64,000 nt of DNA from Betaproteobacteria bacterium (GCA_947478805.1 CANJXQ010000008.1:538-64537); one strand, 5' to 3'; shown: positions 10,743 to 21,499, counted from the stretch's first letter. Program-made: numbers and translations. The notes: a model not told the origin generated them from the sequence alone.

Positions 10743-11615
10743 ATGATTGCTCGAATCGCACTGGGTGCAATGTGGCTAGTGCGTCTTTTGCCGCTCAGCC
10801 TGCTTGCCATGGTGGGCAATGCATTCGGGTTGGTGCTGTATGTCCTGGCAGCCGAACGCCGCAGGGTTTGCGACACCAATCTCGGGCGTTGCTTCCCCCG
10901 CATGGGGACTTCCGAGCGCCGCAGGCTGGCGCGCGGGCATTTCCGCATCGTTGGGCGCAGCCTACTTGAGCGCGGCATCCTCTGGTGGTCGGCACGCGAC
11001 CGGATTGAGCGTCTGGTCGAGGTGAGGGATCTCGATCACCTGACAAAAGCGCGATCCGCCGGCCCGGTCATCCTGCTTGCGCCCCATTTCGTCGGGCTGG
11101 ATGCCGGGTATTCACGCCTGACCTGCATGTTCGACTTGACCAGCCTGTATGCCAAGCAAAAAAGCGAGCTCATGAATCGAGCGCTACTGGCTGGGCGCAC
11201 CCGGTTCGGTGACCAGCGCTTGTTTTCGCGGCAGGAAGGTATCCGTCCTGCATTGACTGCCATGAAGCAAGGGCGCCCGCTCTACTATCTGCCGGACATG
11301 GATTACGGGAGCCGCGATGCGGTATTCGTCGAATTCTTCGGCAATCCGGCTGCGACCGTCACGGGCCTGGCGCGGATCGCTCGAGCCGCCGGAGCACGGG
11401 TGGTTCCCTGTGTCACCGCGATGCATCCTGGCGGGCAAGGCTATGAACTGCGCTTTTATCCTGCGTGGGATAATTTCCCGAGCGATGATGTCGTGGCCGA
11501 CACCCGCCGCATGAATGTCTTCATCGAGGAGCGCGTGCGCGAAATGCCGGCGCAGTATTTCTGGACGCACAAGCGGTTCAAGACGCGCCCTCCGGGCGAG
11601 GCGAAGTGGTACTGA
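10743..11615 (+). CDS. Lipid A biosynthesis acyltransferase (LpxL/HtrB family)
   Basis: APHFVGLD, YYLPDMDYG, PAQYFWTHKRFKTRP. Confidence 0.88.
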   Translation: MIARIALGAMWLVRLLPLSLLAMVGNAFGLVLYVLAAERRRVCDTNLGRCFPRMGTSERRRLARGHFRIVGRSLLERGILWWSARDRIERLVEVRDLDHLTKARSAGPVILLAPHFVGLDAGYSRLTCMFDLTSLYAKQKSELMNRALLAGRTRFGDQRLFSRQEGIRPALTAMKQGRPLYYLPDMDYGSRDAVFVEFFGNPAATVTGLARIARAAGARVVPCVTAMHPGGQGYELRFYPAWDNFPSDDVVADTRRMNVFIEERVREMPAQYFWTHKRFKTRPPGEAKWY

Positions 11616-11670
11616 GTGCGGGCGGGTGCCGTTCTGTTATGGTGTCCGCGTACAACCTTGAAAGCGGTGG

Positions 11671-12099
11671 ATGCACGTGAATTTCCAGAATCCCCAGCCT
11701 GAACAGATCCGCGACCTGCTCAAGCGCGTGAAGACCATTGCGGTGGTCGGTTTTTCGCCCGATCCCGGGCGGCCGAGCCACAACATCGGGCGCATGATGC
11801 AGCGTTTCGGTTATCGCATCATTCCGGTTCGCCCCGGTATCGCCGAGGGCCTTGGCGAACGCGCCTATCCGGATCTCACTTCGGTGCCCGACCCGGTTGA
11901 TCTGGTCGATGTGTTTCGCGCTTCGGAGCATGTCGGCGCCATCGTGGATGAGTGCCTGCGCCTGGGGCACAAGGCCATCTGGTTGCAGGACGGCGTGATC
12001 GATGAAGCCGCGGCGCAGCGTGCGGTCGCAGGCGGCATGACCGTTATCATGGATCGCTGCATCCTGCGCGATTACACGCGGCTGGTTGCCGATGCTTGA
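11671..12099 (+). CDS. CoA-binding protein (YccU-like)
   Basis: KTIAVVGFS, IIPVRP, VDLVDVFR, IWLQDG, VIMDRCI. Confidence 0.88.
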   Translation: MHVNFQNPQPEQIRDLLKRVKTIAVVGFSPDPGRPSHNIGRMMQRFGYRIIPVRPGIAEGLGERAYPDLTSVPDPVDLVDVFRASEHVGAIVDECLRLGHKAIWLQDGVIDEAAAQRAVAGGMTVIMDRCILRDYTRLVADA

Positions 12100-12111
12100 A
12101 TCGATTGTCCG

Positions 12112-12984
12112 GTGAAACTGAAATTTTCCAAGATGCATGGCCTGGGCAACGATTTCGTTGTCATTGATGCCATCAGTCAGCAGGTGAATCTTGCGCCCGA
12201 GCAGGTTCGCCGCATTGCCGACCGGCACTTCGGCATCGGATGCGACCAGGTGCTGCTGGTGGAGTCCCCGCAGATGAGCGGCGCGGATTTTCGCTATCGC
12301 ATCTTCAATGCCGACGGGGGCGAGGTCGAGCAATGTGGCAACGGTGCTCGCTGCTTCGTGCGATTCGTCCATGACAAGGGCCTGACGGGCAAGCAGGAGA
12401 TCCAGGTCGATACGCTCTCGGGCAGGATTGTACCGCGCCTCGAGGCGAATGGCGACATCACCGTCAATATGGGTGCGCCCGTTTTTGCGCCGGAGAAAAT
12501 CCCGTACGTCACATCGTCCGAGTCGTTCGTCCAGCAGCTGGCATTGGGGGAGGCTACGGTCGTGATTTCCGCGCTGTCGATGGGCAATCCGCACGCCGTG
12601 CAGATCGTCGCCGATGTGGACAGCGCGCCGGTGGCAACACAGGGGCCGTTGATCGAGCATCACGTGAGGTTTCCTCAGCGGGTCAATGCCGGATTCATGC
12701 AAATTGTCGATCGAGGGACAATCAGGCTGCGCGTCTGGGAGCGCGGTGCGGGAGAGACGCTCGCCTGCGGAACCGGTGCATGCGCAGCGGTCGTTGCCGG
12801 CATTCGGCGCGGCTTGCTCGATTCCCCGGTGCGCGTCTCCACGCGCGGCGGCGATTTGACGATACGCTGGGACGGCGGGGACAATGCGGGCGGAATGCAA
12901 GCGAGCCAGACGGGTGCCGTCCTGATGACGGGGCCGGCGGTGACAGTATTTGACGGAGAGATGGAAATCGATGAATGCCGATGA
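12112..12984 (+). CDS. dapF: Diaminopimelate epimerase
   Basis: [46 protein letters not shown]. Confidence 0.97.
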   Translation: MKLKFSKMHGLGNDFVVIDAISQQVNLAPEQVRRIADRHFGIGCDQVLLVESPQMSGADFRYRIFNADGGEVEQCGNGARCFVRFVHDKGLTGKQEIQVDTLSGRIVPRLEANGDITVNMGAPVFAPEKIPYVTSSESFVQQLALGEATVVISALSMGNPHAVQIVADVDSAPVATQGPLIEHHVRFPQRVNAGFMQIVDRGTIRLRVWERGAGETLACGTGACAAVVAGIRRGLLDSPVRVSTRGGDLTIRWDGGDNAGGMQASQTGAVLMTGPAVTVFDGEMEIDECR

Positions 12985-13636
12985 CGTAGCGCGTTACCTG
13001 AAGGACAACCCGGGGTTTTTCGAGGATTATGCGGAAATGCTGACGCAGATCTCGGTGCCCAGTCCTCATGGCGGAAAGGCGATCGCGCTATCCGACCGGC
13101 AGGTTCTTGCCCTGCGCGACGAAAACAAGGCACTCAAGGCGAAACTTGGCGAACTGATCCAGTTTGGAGAGGAAAACGACGCCATCGGCGAGAAAATGCA
13201 TCGCCTGGCCATGGCGCTGCTTCCCCCGAATGACCTGCCGGCACTGTTGTCCGCGCTGCACTTCAATTTGCGCGAGGATTTTGCGGTGCCCCATACGGCG
13301 GTGAGAATCTGGTCTGAGGGCGAGCACACCGAGCGTGTGGAATTTGCCCCGGTGAGCGATCGAATCAAGGACTATGCGTCGGGACTGACGCAACCGTTTT
13401 GCGGGCCGAGCGGAAACGTGGAGGCTGCAGCGTGGTTTGGCGAAGCCGCACCCCATGTTCGTTCCGTGGCGCATATTCCGTTAGCCCAGGTGGGCGCGGC
13501 CGGAACCCCGGGCCCCTGCTTCGGGCTGCTGGCCCTCGGCAGTGAGGACGTGCTGCGCTTCTACCCAGACATGGGCACGCATTTTCTCAAGCGCCTGGGC
13601 GAGCTTGCGAGCGCCGCGCTGATCCGGTTTCTCTAA
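12971..13636 (+). CDS. DUF484 (YigA) family protein
   Basis: [38 protein letters not shown]; conserved position between dapF and xerC. Confidence 0.88.
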   Translation: MNADDVARYLKDNPGFFEDYAEMLTQISVPSPHGGKAIALSDRQVLALRDENKALKAKLGELIQFGEENDAIGEKMHRLAMALLPPNDLPALLSALHFNLREDFAVPHTAVRIWSEGEHTERVEFAPVSDRIKDYASGLTQPFCGPSGNVEAAAWFGEAAPHVRSVAHIPLAQVGAAGTPGPCFGLLALGSEDVLRFYPDMGTHFLKRLGELASAALIRFL

Positions 13637-13638
13637 GC

Positions 13639-14562
13639 ATGCTGGAGGCAACGGCGCCGGCAGACCCTCGCCGGGCTCTAGTTGCCGAGTTCCTGCATCA
13701 CCTTCGCATCGAACGACGCCTGTCGCCGCACACCGCATCCAACTACGCGCGCGACCTCGATGCCTTGACTACCCACATCGGCGGTACTGCCTTCGAGGGG
13801 GTGACCACCGCGCATGTGCGCCGGGCTGTGGCCGGGTTGCACGCGGGGAATGCCAAACGTGGGGAGCTATCCGGGAGATCCATTGCCCGCATGCTCTCCG
13901 CATGGCGTACATTTTTCGAGTGGCTCGCGCGCCATCATGGCCTCGGGGCGAATCCCGTCGCGGGCATACGCGCGCCGAAGAGCCCCCGTACCCTTCCTCA
14001 GGCATTGTCTCCGGACGTTGCGGCGCAATTGCTCGACGCGCCGGTCGATGGCGTCAAGGAAATCCGGGACCGGGCAATGTTCGAATTGTTCTATTCCTCC
14101 GGATTGCGCCTGTCGGAATTGGTGGGACTGGATCTGGCGGCGGCGCGTGACATGGCTGCCGGGCGGGAGGTCACGGTCCTGGGCAAGGGGGCGAAGTCCC
14201 GCAACGTGCCGGTCGGAGCCAAGGCAGCCGCGGCGCTTGCCGAGTGGATGAAGGTTCGTGGCGAACTGGCGCGGCCGGACGAGGCTGCGCTATTTGTGGG
14301 CGCGCGAGGGCATCGTGTGTCCCCGCGGGTCGTGGAGGAGCGCCTGTCACGCTGGGGCCGCAAGCTCGGCCTGGCCGTGCATCCGCATATGCTTCGCCAT
14401 TCCTTTGCAACGCATGTGCTCCAGTCCTCCGGTGATCTGCGCGCGGTGCAGGAAATGCTCGGTCACGCCAGCATCTCCACAACGCAGGTGTATACGCACC
14501 TGGACTTCCAGCATCTTGCGAAGGTTTATGACCAGGCGCATCCGCGGGCCAAACGCAAATGA
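13639..14562 (+). CDS. xerC: Tyrosine recombinase XerC
   Basis: RDRAMFELFYSSGLRLSEL, GKGAK.R, HPHMLRHSFATH, VQEMLGHASISTTQVYTH; dapF-DUF484-xerC context. Confidence 0.95.
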   Translation: MLEATAPADPRRALVAEFLHHLRIERRLSPHTASNYARDLDALTTHIGGTAFEGVTTAHVRRAVAGLHAGNAKRGELSGRSIARMLSAWRTFFEWLARHHGLGANPVAGIRAPKSPRTLPQALSPDVAAQLLDAPVDGVKEIRDRAMFELFYSSGLRLSELVGLDLAAARDMAAGREVTVLGKGAKSRNVPVGAKAAAALAEWMKVRGELARPDEAALFVGARGHRVSPRVVEERLSRWGRKLGLAVHPHMLRHSFATHVLQSSGDLRAVQEMLGHASISTTQVYTHLDFQHLAKVYDQAHPRAKRK

Positions 14563-14611
14563 TGCAGCCGGGGTCAACCGTCGGGGCGAGATTCGTTTCC
14601 GAAAACATGGC

Positions 14612-15193
14612 ATGAGCGAAGCGAGCCAGAACGTCGGTGAGCGGGTTACGGCCGCGCCGGACCTCCGCGCGTTGTTCCTTGGTTTTCTGGAAATCGCGCT
14701 GTCCGGTTTTGGCGGCGTCTTGCCATGGGCGCGCAGGGTCATGGTCGAAAAGCGCGGTTGGGTGACTGGAGACGAATTTGCGGACCTGCTGTCCCTCTGC
14801 CAGTTCTTGCCCGGTCCGAACATCGTCAATATGTCGGTGGCTGTCGGCGCGCGCTTTCGCGGGTGGAAGGGCGCATTCGTATCATTTGCAGGCCTGATGA
14901 TGGCCCCGGTTGCGATCATTTTGTGCCTGGGGGCCTTGTATTCCAGTTACGGTCGCATCGATCAGGTCCAGGCTGTCATCCGGGGGATTTCGGCAACGGC
15001 CAGCGGGCTTCTTGTCGCAACCGGTATCAAAATGGTGGTCGCGCCCCGAGTGCGCTCCCTGCTGCTCGGGTTCGGTGTCATGGCTTTCCTCGCCGTCGCA
15101 CTGCTGCGTATTCCCTTGCTTCCCGTTTTGCTGGTGCTGGCCCCAGCAAGCATCCTGGCGGCAAGGTGGTCATATTTGCGACGGGATACATAG
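14612..15193 (+). CDS. Short-chain chromate transporter, subunit 1 (ChrA family)
   Basis: ALSGFGGVL, VEKRGWV, CQFLPGPN. Confidence 0.88.
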   Translation: MSEASQNVGERVTAAPDLRALFLGFLEIALSGFGGVLPWARRVMVEKRGWVTGDEFADLLSLCQFLPGPNIVNMSVAVGARFRGWKGAFVSFAGLMMAPVAIILCLGALYSSYGRIDQVQAVIRGISATASGLLVATGIKMVVAPRVRSLLLGFGVMAFLAVALLRIPLLPVLLVLAPASILAARWSYLRRDT

Positions 15194-15194
15194 C

Positions 15195-15722
15195 GTGGTT
15201 TGGGATCGTACGCTGCAACTGGTTCTCGATTTCCTGCCCCTGTCGCTGATTGCTGTCGGTGGTGGGGCCACGGTGCTCCCTGAGATGCAGCGCAGTGTTG
15301 TCGACGTTCATGGCTGGATGACAGCGACTCAGTTTTCGGAACTGTTCGGCCTTGCCAATGCTTCGCCGGGCCCCAACGTGCTGGTGGTGACGCTGATCGG
15401 CTGGCAAGTCGCGGGCGTGCCCGGCGCACTGGGCGCGACCTTGGCGCTGTGCATCCCATCATGCCTCCTGACCTTCGCATTGTTCCGGCTCTGGCAACGC
15501 TTTCGCGACAGTCCGTGGGTGAAATGCATCGAGGGCGGCATGGCGCCGCTGACGGTGGGCCTGGTGCTGTCGTCGGGCTATCTGGTGACGCGCGGGGCGA
15601 ATGAATCGGCCATGGCGTACGCTGCGACAGCCCTTACCGCTGCCACGGTGCTTGCGACACGGGTCAATCCCTTGTGGATGATCGGACTTGGGGCTGCGGC
15701 CGGACTATCAGGAATACTGTGA
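15195..15722 (+). CDS. Short-chain chromate transporter, subunit 2 (ChrA family)
   Basis: SLIAVGGG, VDVHGWM, ANASPGPN, RVNPLW. GTG start inferred just after the upstream stop. Confidence 0.85.
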   Translation: MVWDRTLQLVLDFLPLSLIAVGGGATVLPEMQRSVVDVHGWMTATQFSELFGLANASPGPNVLVVTLIGWQVAGVPGALGATLALCIPSCLLTFALFRLWQRFRDSPWVKCIEGGMAPLTVGLVLSSGYLVTRGANESAMAYAATALTAATVLATRVNPLWMIGLGAAAGLSGIL

Positions 15723-15730
15723 AAAAAACC

Positions 15731-16981
15731 ATGAACGAACAGGCGCCGGCGACGGGCGCTGGCAGCCACAAGCGCGGAGCAGGCCCGCAGCTCTTCCTCA
15801 AGCCGGCGCGAGAGCGCTCGCTGCGACGCCTGCATCCTTGGGTGTTCTCCGGTGCGATCGACCGCCTGGAGGGCGCAGCCGGATCCGGCGACACGGTGTG
15901 CGTGCGCGCCGCCGACGGGACCTTCCTGGCATGGGCGGCGTACAGTCCGGTATCGCAGATTCGCGCCCGCGTGTGGAGCTTTTCCGAAGCCGAGCGGCCC
16001 GATGAGAATCTGTTGCGCGCGCGGATTGCGGCGGCGATCGCTCGCCGCCAATCCGTCGCGGGTGACATGAACGCGCTGCGTCTAGTGCATGCGGAATCCG
16101 ACGCGTTGCCGGGCGTGGTTGCCGACAGATATGGCGACACGCTGGTCGTACAGCTGACTTCGGCCGGGGCCGAGCGCTGGCGTAATGTCATCGTCGAGAG
16201 CTTGCGCGAGGCCAGCGGGTGCAAGCTGCTGTTCGAGCGCTCCGATGGTGACGTGAGGGCACTGGAGGGGCTGGCCAGCCGCGTCGGCGTGCTGAACGGA
16301 GTGGCGCCAACCGTGGCAGAGACGAATCCCGATGCAATCGAGATCCGGGAGAATGGCATCCGCTATCTGGTTGATATCGGCGCAGGGCAGAAGACGGGGT
16401 TCTTCCTGGATCAGCGCGATAACCGTGCCAGCATTGCCGCCCTGGCGAGGGACCGCGAGGTGCTGAATTGCTTCTGTTATACGGGCGGGTTCACATTGTC
16501 TGCGCTGGCCGGCGGCGCCGCTTCGGTGCTGTCTGTGGACAGTTCTGCTCCGGCGCTCGCGCTGGCGCGGCGGAACTTGGCGCTGAACGCGCTGGATGCC
16601 GCGCGCAGCCATTGGGTGGAAGCTGATGTCTTTTCGATTCTGCGTGACCTGGGGCGCGAACGGCGGACATTTGACCTGATCATTCTCGATCCACCCAAGT
16701 TTGCGCCCACTTCGCGCGATGCGGAGCGCGCCGCACGGGGCTACAAGGACATCAACCTGAACGCCCTGAAATTGCTGCGCCCGGGCGGGTATTTGGCGAC
16801 GTTTTCCTGCTCGAGCGGTGTCAGCGCGGATCTTTTCCAGAAAATCGTTGCCGGCGCGGCTGCTGACGCGGGGGCGTCGTGTGCCATCGAGCAACGTTTT
16901 CACGCTGCGGCCGACCACCCGGTCATGCTGGAATTTCCGGAGGGTGAGTACCTGAAGGGGCTGTTGCTCCGGAAGCGCTAG
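15731..16981 (+). CDS. rlmI: RlmI-like 23S rRNA m5C methyltransferase
   Basis: HPWVFSGAI PUA domain, GQKTGFFLDQRDNR, LNCFCYTGGF, IILDPPKF, FPEGEYLKG. Confidence 0.88.
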   Translation: MNEQAPATGAGSHKRGAGPQLFLKPARERSLRRLHPWVFSGAIDRLEGAAGSGDTVCVRAADGTFLAWAAYSPVSQIRARVWSFSEAERPDENLLRARIAAAIARRQSVAGDMNALRLVHAESDALPGVVADRYGDTLVVQLTSAGAERWRNVIVESLREASGCKLLFERSDGDVRALEGLASRVGVLNGVAPTVAETNPDAIEIRENGIRYLVDIGAGQKTGFFLDQRDNRASIAALARDREVLNCFCYTGGFTLSALAGGAASVLSVDSSAPALALARRNLALNALDAARSHWVEADVFSILRDLGRERRTFDLIILDPPKFAPTSRDAERAARGYKDINLNALKLLRPGGYLATFSCSSGVSADLFQKIVAGAAADAGASCAIEQRFHAAADHPVMLEFPEGEYLKGLLLRKR

Positions 16982-17211
16982 GCCAGAGGATGTTGGCGCT
17001 TTTCAGGCGGTCAAATAATCCGAGGGTGGCGTCAAAGCTCTGAGCGTGTTCTAATGCCGCCCTTTTGGGGAATCCCCTGGGCGGCCTGGCGACGAAGCAG
17101 GTTGCCTCCGGCGACGAACGATCGCCGAAGCGTGTGGCCGAAGCTTGTCGCCGAACTGCGACAAGTGAAAAGTGGACGCATTCCCTCGGTATCAGAAAAC
17201 GTTGAATGTAA

Positions 17212-18197
<986 letters not shown>

Positions 18198-18216
<19 letters not shown>

Positions 18217-18665
18217 CAAAGAAGTCCGATACGGTAGCCAAGAAAGTTGAGCCGGGAGCAAGCCTCACGGAGGCGGCACTTCGCAAGATGCCGGTGTCGC
18301 AGTACATGAACGAGCAGCAGCTGGCATTTTTTCGTGAAAAGCTCATCGCCATGCGCAATGAGCTCCTCGAAAATGCCGGTAGCACCTCCGAGCACCTGCG
18401 CGAACATACCGCCGAGCCCGATCCCGCCGACCAGGCGACGATCGAGGAGGAAAATGCGCTGGAATTGCGCGCGCGCGATCGCGAGCGCAAGCTCCTGAAG
18501 AAGATCGAGGAAGCGCTGCGCCGCATCGATGACGAGTCCTATGGCTTCTGCGAGGAGACTGGCGACCCCATCGGCATACCTCGCCTCCTGGCGCGCCCGA
18601 CGGCCACGTTGACCATCGACGCCCAGACGCGTCGTGAGCAGCGACAGAAGCTGTACGGCGACTGA
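18198..18665 (+). CDS. dksA: RNA polymerase-binding factor DksA (single-Cys type)
   Basis: DPADQA coiled-coil tip, RDRERKLLKKI, YGFCEETGDPIGIPRLLARPTA. Confidence 0.93.
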
Positions 18666-18711
18666 TCCGATCGCGGCTTCGGGACCTGGAGTTACCGAAA
18701 ACCGCCCGCGC

Positions 18712-19047
18712 ATGAAACGCCTGCGCCACTTGCTCAGCCTGGTCCTGGCCGCAGCCCTCATTGCGGGGCAGTGGGCGGGCCAGTTGCATGCGTTGTCCCA
18801 CGCCGAGTACGACCTTGCCATTGCAGGCCAGGCCAAGACTGGCGGCGACAGTCCCGCGCCGCTGGACCATGCACGCGACCGCTGTGTGGCATTCCATGCG
18901 GTCGACTGCGCGCTGAGCGCGCCACCACTGGCGTTTGTCGGTACCGATCCTGCCGTCACGCTGGTCATCCAGCCCGGACTGCCGCTGCGGGCGGCCAAGC
19001 ACACCGCCTATTCCTCCCGCGCCCCACCTGTTCTCCACGTGAGCTGA
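18712..19047 (+). CDS. Small His-rich, DUF2946-like leader protein ending in an RAPP motif
   Basis: Signal/TM-like N-terminus (MKRLRHLLSLVLAAALIAG), HALSH, HARDRCVAFHAVDC, C-terminal YSSRAPPVLHVS. Confidence 0.75.
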   Translation: MKRLRHLLSLVLAAALIAGQWAGQLHALSHAEYDLAIAGQAKTGGDSPAPLDHARDRCVAFHAVDCALSAPPLAFVGTDPAVTLVIQPGLPLRAAKHTAYSSRAPPVLHVS

Positions 19048-19125
19048 ACCGCACTGCGGCATCGCACGATGCCGCGTCGTTCGCGAGCGCGCATTGCGCT
19101 CGCATGCCACGCATGGAGAGCCATC

Positions 19126-20565
19126 ATGTTTCGATCCAGCAATCGGGCGCCGGCCATTGCCGCGCTGACCGCAAGCCTGTTTTTCTCTATGGCGCAAGAC
19201 GCCTGCGCCGCCAGCGACGACGACCTGAAAGAACTGCGTGAGCAGGTCCGACAGTTGAAGGACCTCTACGAAAAAAAGATCAACGAACTGGAAGCCCGGC
19301 TGAAGCAGGCAGAACAGACCGCTGGTCAGGCCAAGTCTTCCGCGACTGCCGCGCAAACAACGGCCGAACAGGCTGCGGTGCAGGCGAGCAGCCGCACTGC
19401 CGGCGAGGGCGCATTCAACCCCGGCATCTCGGCAATCCTTAATGGCGTCTACGGCAACTTGTCGCAGAACCCCTCCAATTACCGCATCAACGGGTTTGCG
19501 CCAACGATGGGCGAAGTTGCGCCACCCAATCGCGGCCTGGGCCTGGGTGAGTCCGAAATCGCCTTCTCGGCCAACATCGATCGCCACTTTCGCGGCACCC
19601 TGATCGCCGCGCTGTCGCCCGAGGATACCGTCAGCGTCGAGGAGGCACACATCCAGACGCTGGGGCTGTCCAATGGATTCACGCTCAAGGCGGGCCGATT
19701 CTTTTCCGGGGTCGGCTATCACAACGAGATTCACGCTCACGCGTGGGACTTCACTGATGCGCCGCTGGCCAACAAGGTATTCCTCGGCAACCAACTGGCT
19801 GAAGACGGCTTCCAGGTCAAGTGGATCGCGCCCACCGACCTGTATGCCAACATCGGATTGGAGTTCGGGCGTGGCCGCAAGTTTCCGGGCGGGCCGGATG
19901 GCGGGCGCATGAAGAACGGCTTCGGTTCGACCAACCTGTTTGCCCACCTGGGCGGTGATTGGGGGACGGGTGCTGCATGGCGGGTGGGACTCTCCCACTT
20001 GCGCACCCGGGTGCACGACCGCGCGTTCAACGATGTCGATTCGACGGGGACCGGTGTGACCAATACCATCGGCGCTGCGAGCCGCCTTTGGGTCCTTGAC
20101 GGCGTGCTGAAATGGGCGCCCAACGGCAATGCGTCCAACACCAGTTTCAAGCTGCAGGGCGAATACTTCCGTCGCACCGAAGACGGGCAGCTGAGTTATG
20201 ACACGACAGCGGCGTCGCTGGGAACGCAGTCCGGTTCCTACCTGTCGAAGCAATCCGGCTGGTATCTGCAGGGCGTTTACCAGTTTCAGCCAGAGTGGCG
20301 CGTGGGTTATCGCTACGACCGGCTCGATTCCGGCACAACCGGCCTCGGACTGGTGGCCAATGGCCCGCTCACAGCTGCAGATTTTCCGATTCTGGCCAGC
20401 TACAAGCCGATACGGAACACCATGATGCTCGACTGGAGCGCCAGCGAATTCAGCCGTGTCAGGCTGCAGTTCGCCCGCGACCGGGCGCGTGCGGGGATCG
20501 CGGACAACCAGTTCTTCCTCCAATACATCATCAGCATGGGCGCGCATGGCGGCCACAAGTTCTGA
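19126..20565 (+). CDS. Outer-membrane beta-barrel/porin of a metal-uptake cassette
   Basis: Signal peptide, N-terminal coiled coil, amphipathic strands, HAHAWDF, C-terminal GAHGGHKF with terminal Phe; SD GGAGAG upstream. Confidence 0.75.
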   Translation: MFRSSNRAPAIAALTASLFFSMAQDACAASDDDLKELREQVRQLKDLYEKKINELEARLKQAEQTAGQAKSSATAAQTTAEQAAVQASSRTAGEGAFNPGISAILNGVYGNLSQNPSNYRINGFAPTMGEVAPPNRGLGLGESEIAFSANIDRHFRGTLIAALSPEDTVSVEEAHIQTLGLSNGFTLKAGRFFSGVGYHNEIHAHAWDFTDAPLANKVFLGNQLAEDGFQVKWIAPTDLYANIGLEFGRGRKFPGGPDGGRMKNGFGSTNLFAHLGGDWGTGAAWRVGLSHLRTRVHDRAFNDVDSTGTGVTNTIGAASRLWVLDGVLKWAPNGNASNTSFKLQGEYFRRTEDGQLSYDTTAASLGTQSGSYLSKQSGWYLQGVYQFQPEWRVGYRYDRLDSGTTGLGLVANGPLTAADFPILASYKPIRNTMMLDWSASEFSRVRLQFARDRARAGIADNQFFLQYIISMGAHGGHKF

Positions 20566-20575
20566 GGAGCAGACC

Positions 20576-21499
20576 ATGAAAAAAATATTCATCGTGATGG
20601 CAGGAACCCTGGCCGCAATGATGGCGGCGGCCTCGGCTGGCGCGGCGATCAATGTGTTTGCCTGCGAGCCCGAATGGGCCGCACTGGCGCAGGAAATCGG
20701 CGGTGACCGGGTCAACACAACTTCCGCGACCACGGCGCTGCAGGACCCGCATCGCGTCGAGGCGCGACCAAGCCTGATTGCGCGCGTGCGCAATGCCGAT
20801 CTTGTTGTCTGCACGGGAGCGGAACTGGAGATCGGCTGGCTGCCTCTGCTGCTGAACCAGTCGGGCAATGCCAAGGTGCAGCCTGGCAGGCCGGGAAATT
20901 TCGAGGCGGCGCAGTATGTGTCTCGTCTTGAAATACCAAAAGTGCTCGATCGTGCGCTGGGCGACATCCATCCGGGGGGCAATCCGCATATCCAGACCGA
21001 TCCGCGCAACATCGCCAAGGTGGCCGAGGCGCTGATTGCTCGGCTCGCACAAATCGATGCCCCGGGTGCCGAGTCCTATCGTTCCCGCGGCAAGGCTTTT
21101 CTCGAGCGCTGGCAGGCAGCCATCGTGCGTTGGGAGCAGCAGGCCGCACCGCTCCGGGGCCTCCCGGTGGTGGTGCATCACAAGGCCTGGACCTATCTCG
21201 AAGCGTGGCTCGGCCTGAGGGAGGTCGCCACGCTCGAGCATCAGCCCGGCGTTCCTCCCACCCCGTCCCACCTGGCCGAGTTGGTGGAGGGCATGCGCCG
21301 GGAGCCGGCAAAGTTCATTGTCTACTCTGCCTACAACGATCCGAAAGCGGCGGGTTTCCTGTCGCAGCGCACGGGTGTGCCTGCGGTGCTGCTGCCGTTC
21401 ACGGTTGGCGGAACGGAGGGCGCCCGGGACCTGTTCAGCTTGTTCGATGACACGCTGTCCCGGCTGCTATCCGCCGCGCAGGGCAAGGGCTCCAAATGA
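20576..21499 (+). CDS. Zn/Mn ABC-type substrate-binding protein (ZnuA family)
   Basis: Signal peptide, QDPH, GAELEIGWL, HPGGNPH, VVHH, EHQPGVPPT; SD GAGGAG. Confidence 0.9.
   Translation: MKKIFIVMAGTLAAMMAAASAGAAINVFACEPEWAALAQEIGGDRVNTTSATTALQDPHRVEARPSLIARVRNADLVVCTGAELEIGWLPLLLNQSGNAKVQPGRPGNFEAAQYVSRLEIPKVLDRALGDIHPGGNPHIQTDPRNIAKVAEALIARLAQIDAPGAESYRSRGKAFLERWQAAIVRWEQQAAPLRGLPVVVHHKAWTYLEAWLGLREVATLEHQPGVPPTPSHLAELVEGMRREPAKFIVYSAYNDPKAAGFLSQRTGVPAVLLPFTVGGTEGARDLFSLFDDTLSRLLSAAQGKGSK

Noticed and set aside
13639-14562. Tyrosine recombinase as a possible integrase of a mobile element
   Set aside because: It is in the canonical dapF-DUF484-xerC housekeeping context, with no att sites or cargo seen.
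18343-21018. 891-aa minus-strand ORF and similar long antisense ORFs (e.g. 22353-23921, 30022-31683, 51720-53474, 53553-55325)
   Set aside because: They lie opposite well-supported genes and have no recognisable motifs; this is the usual stop-poor shadow of high-GC codon usage.
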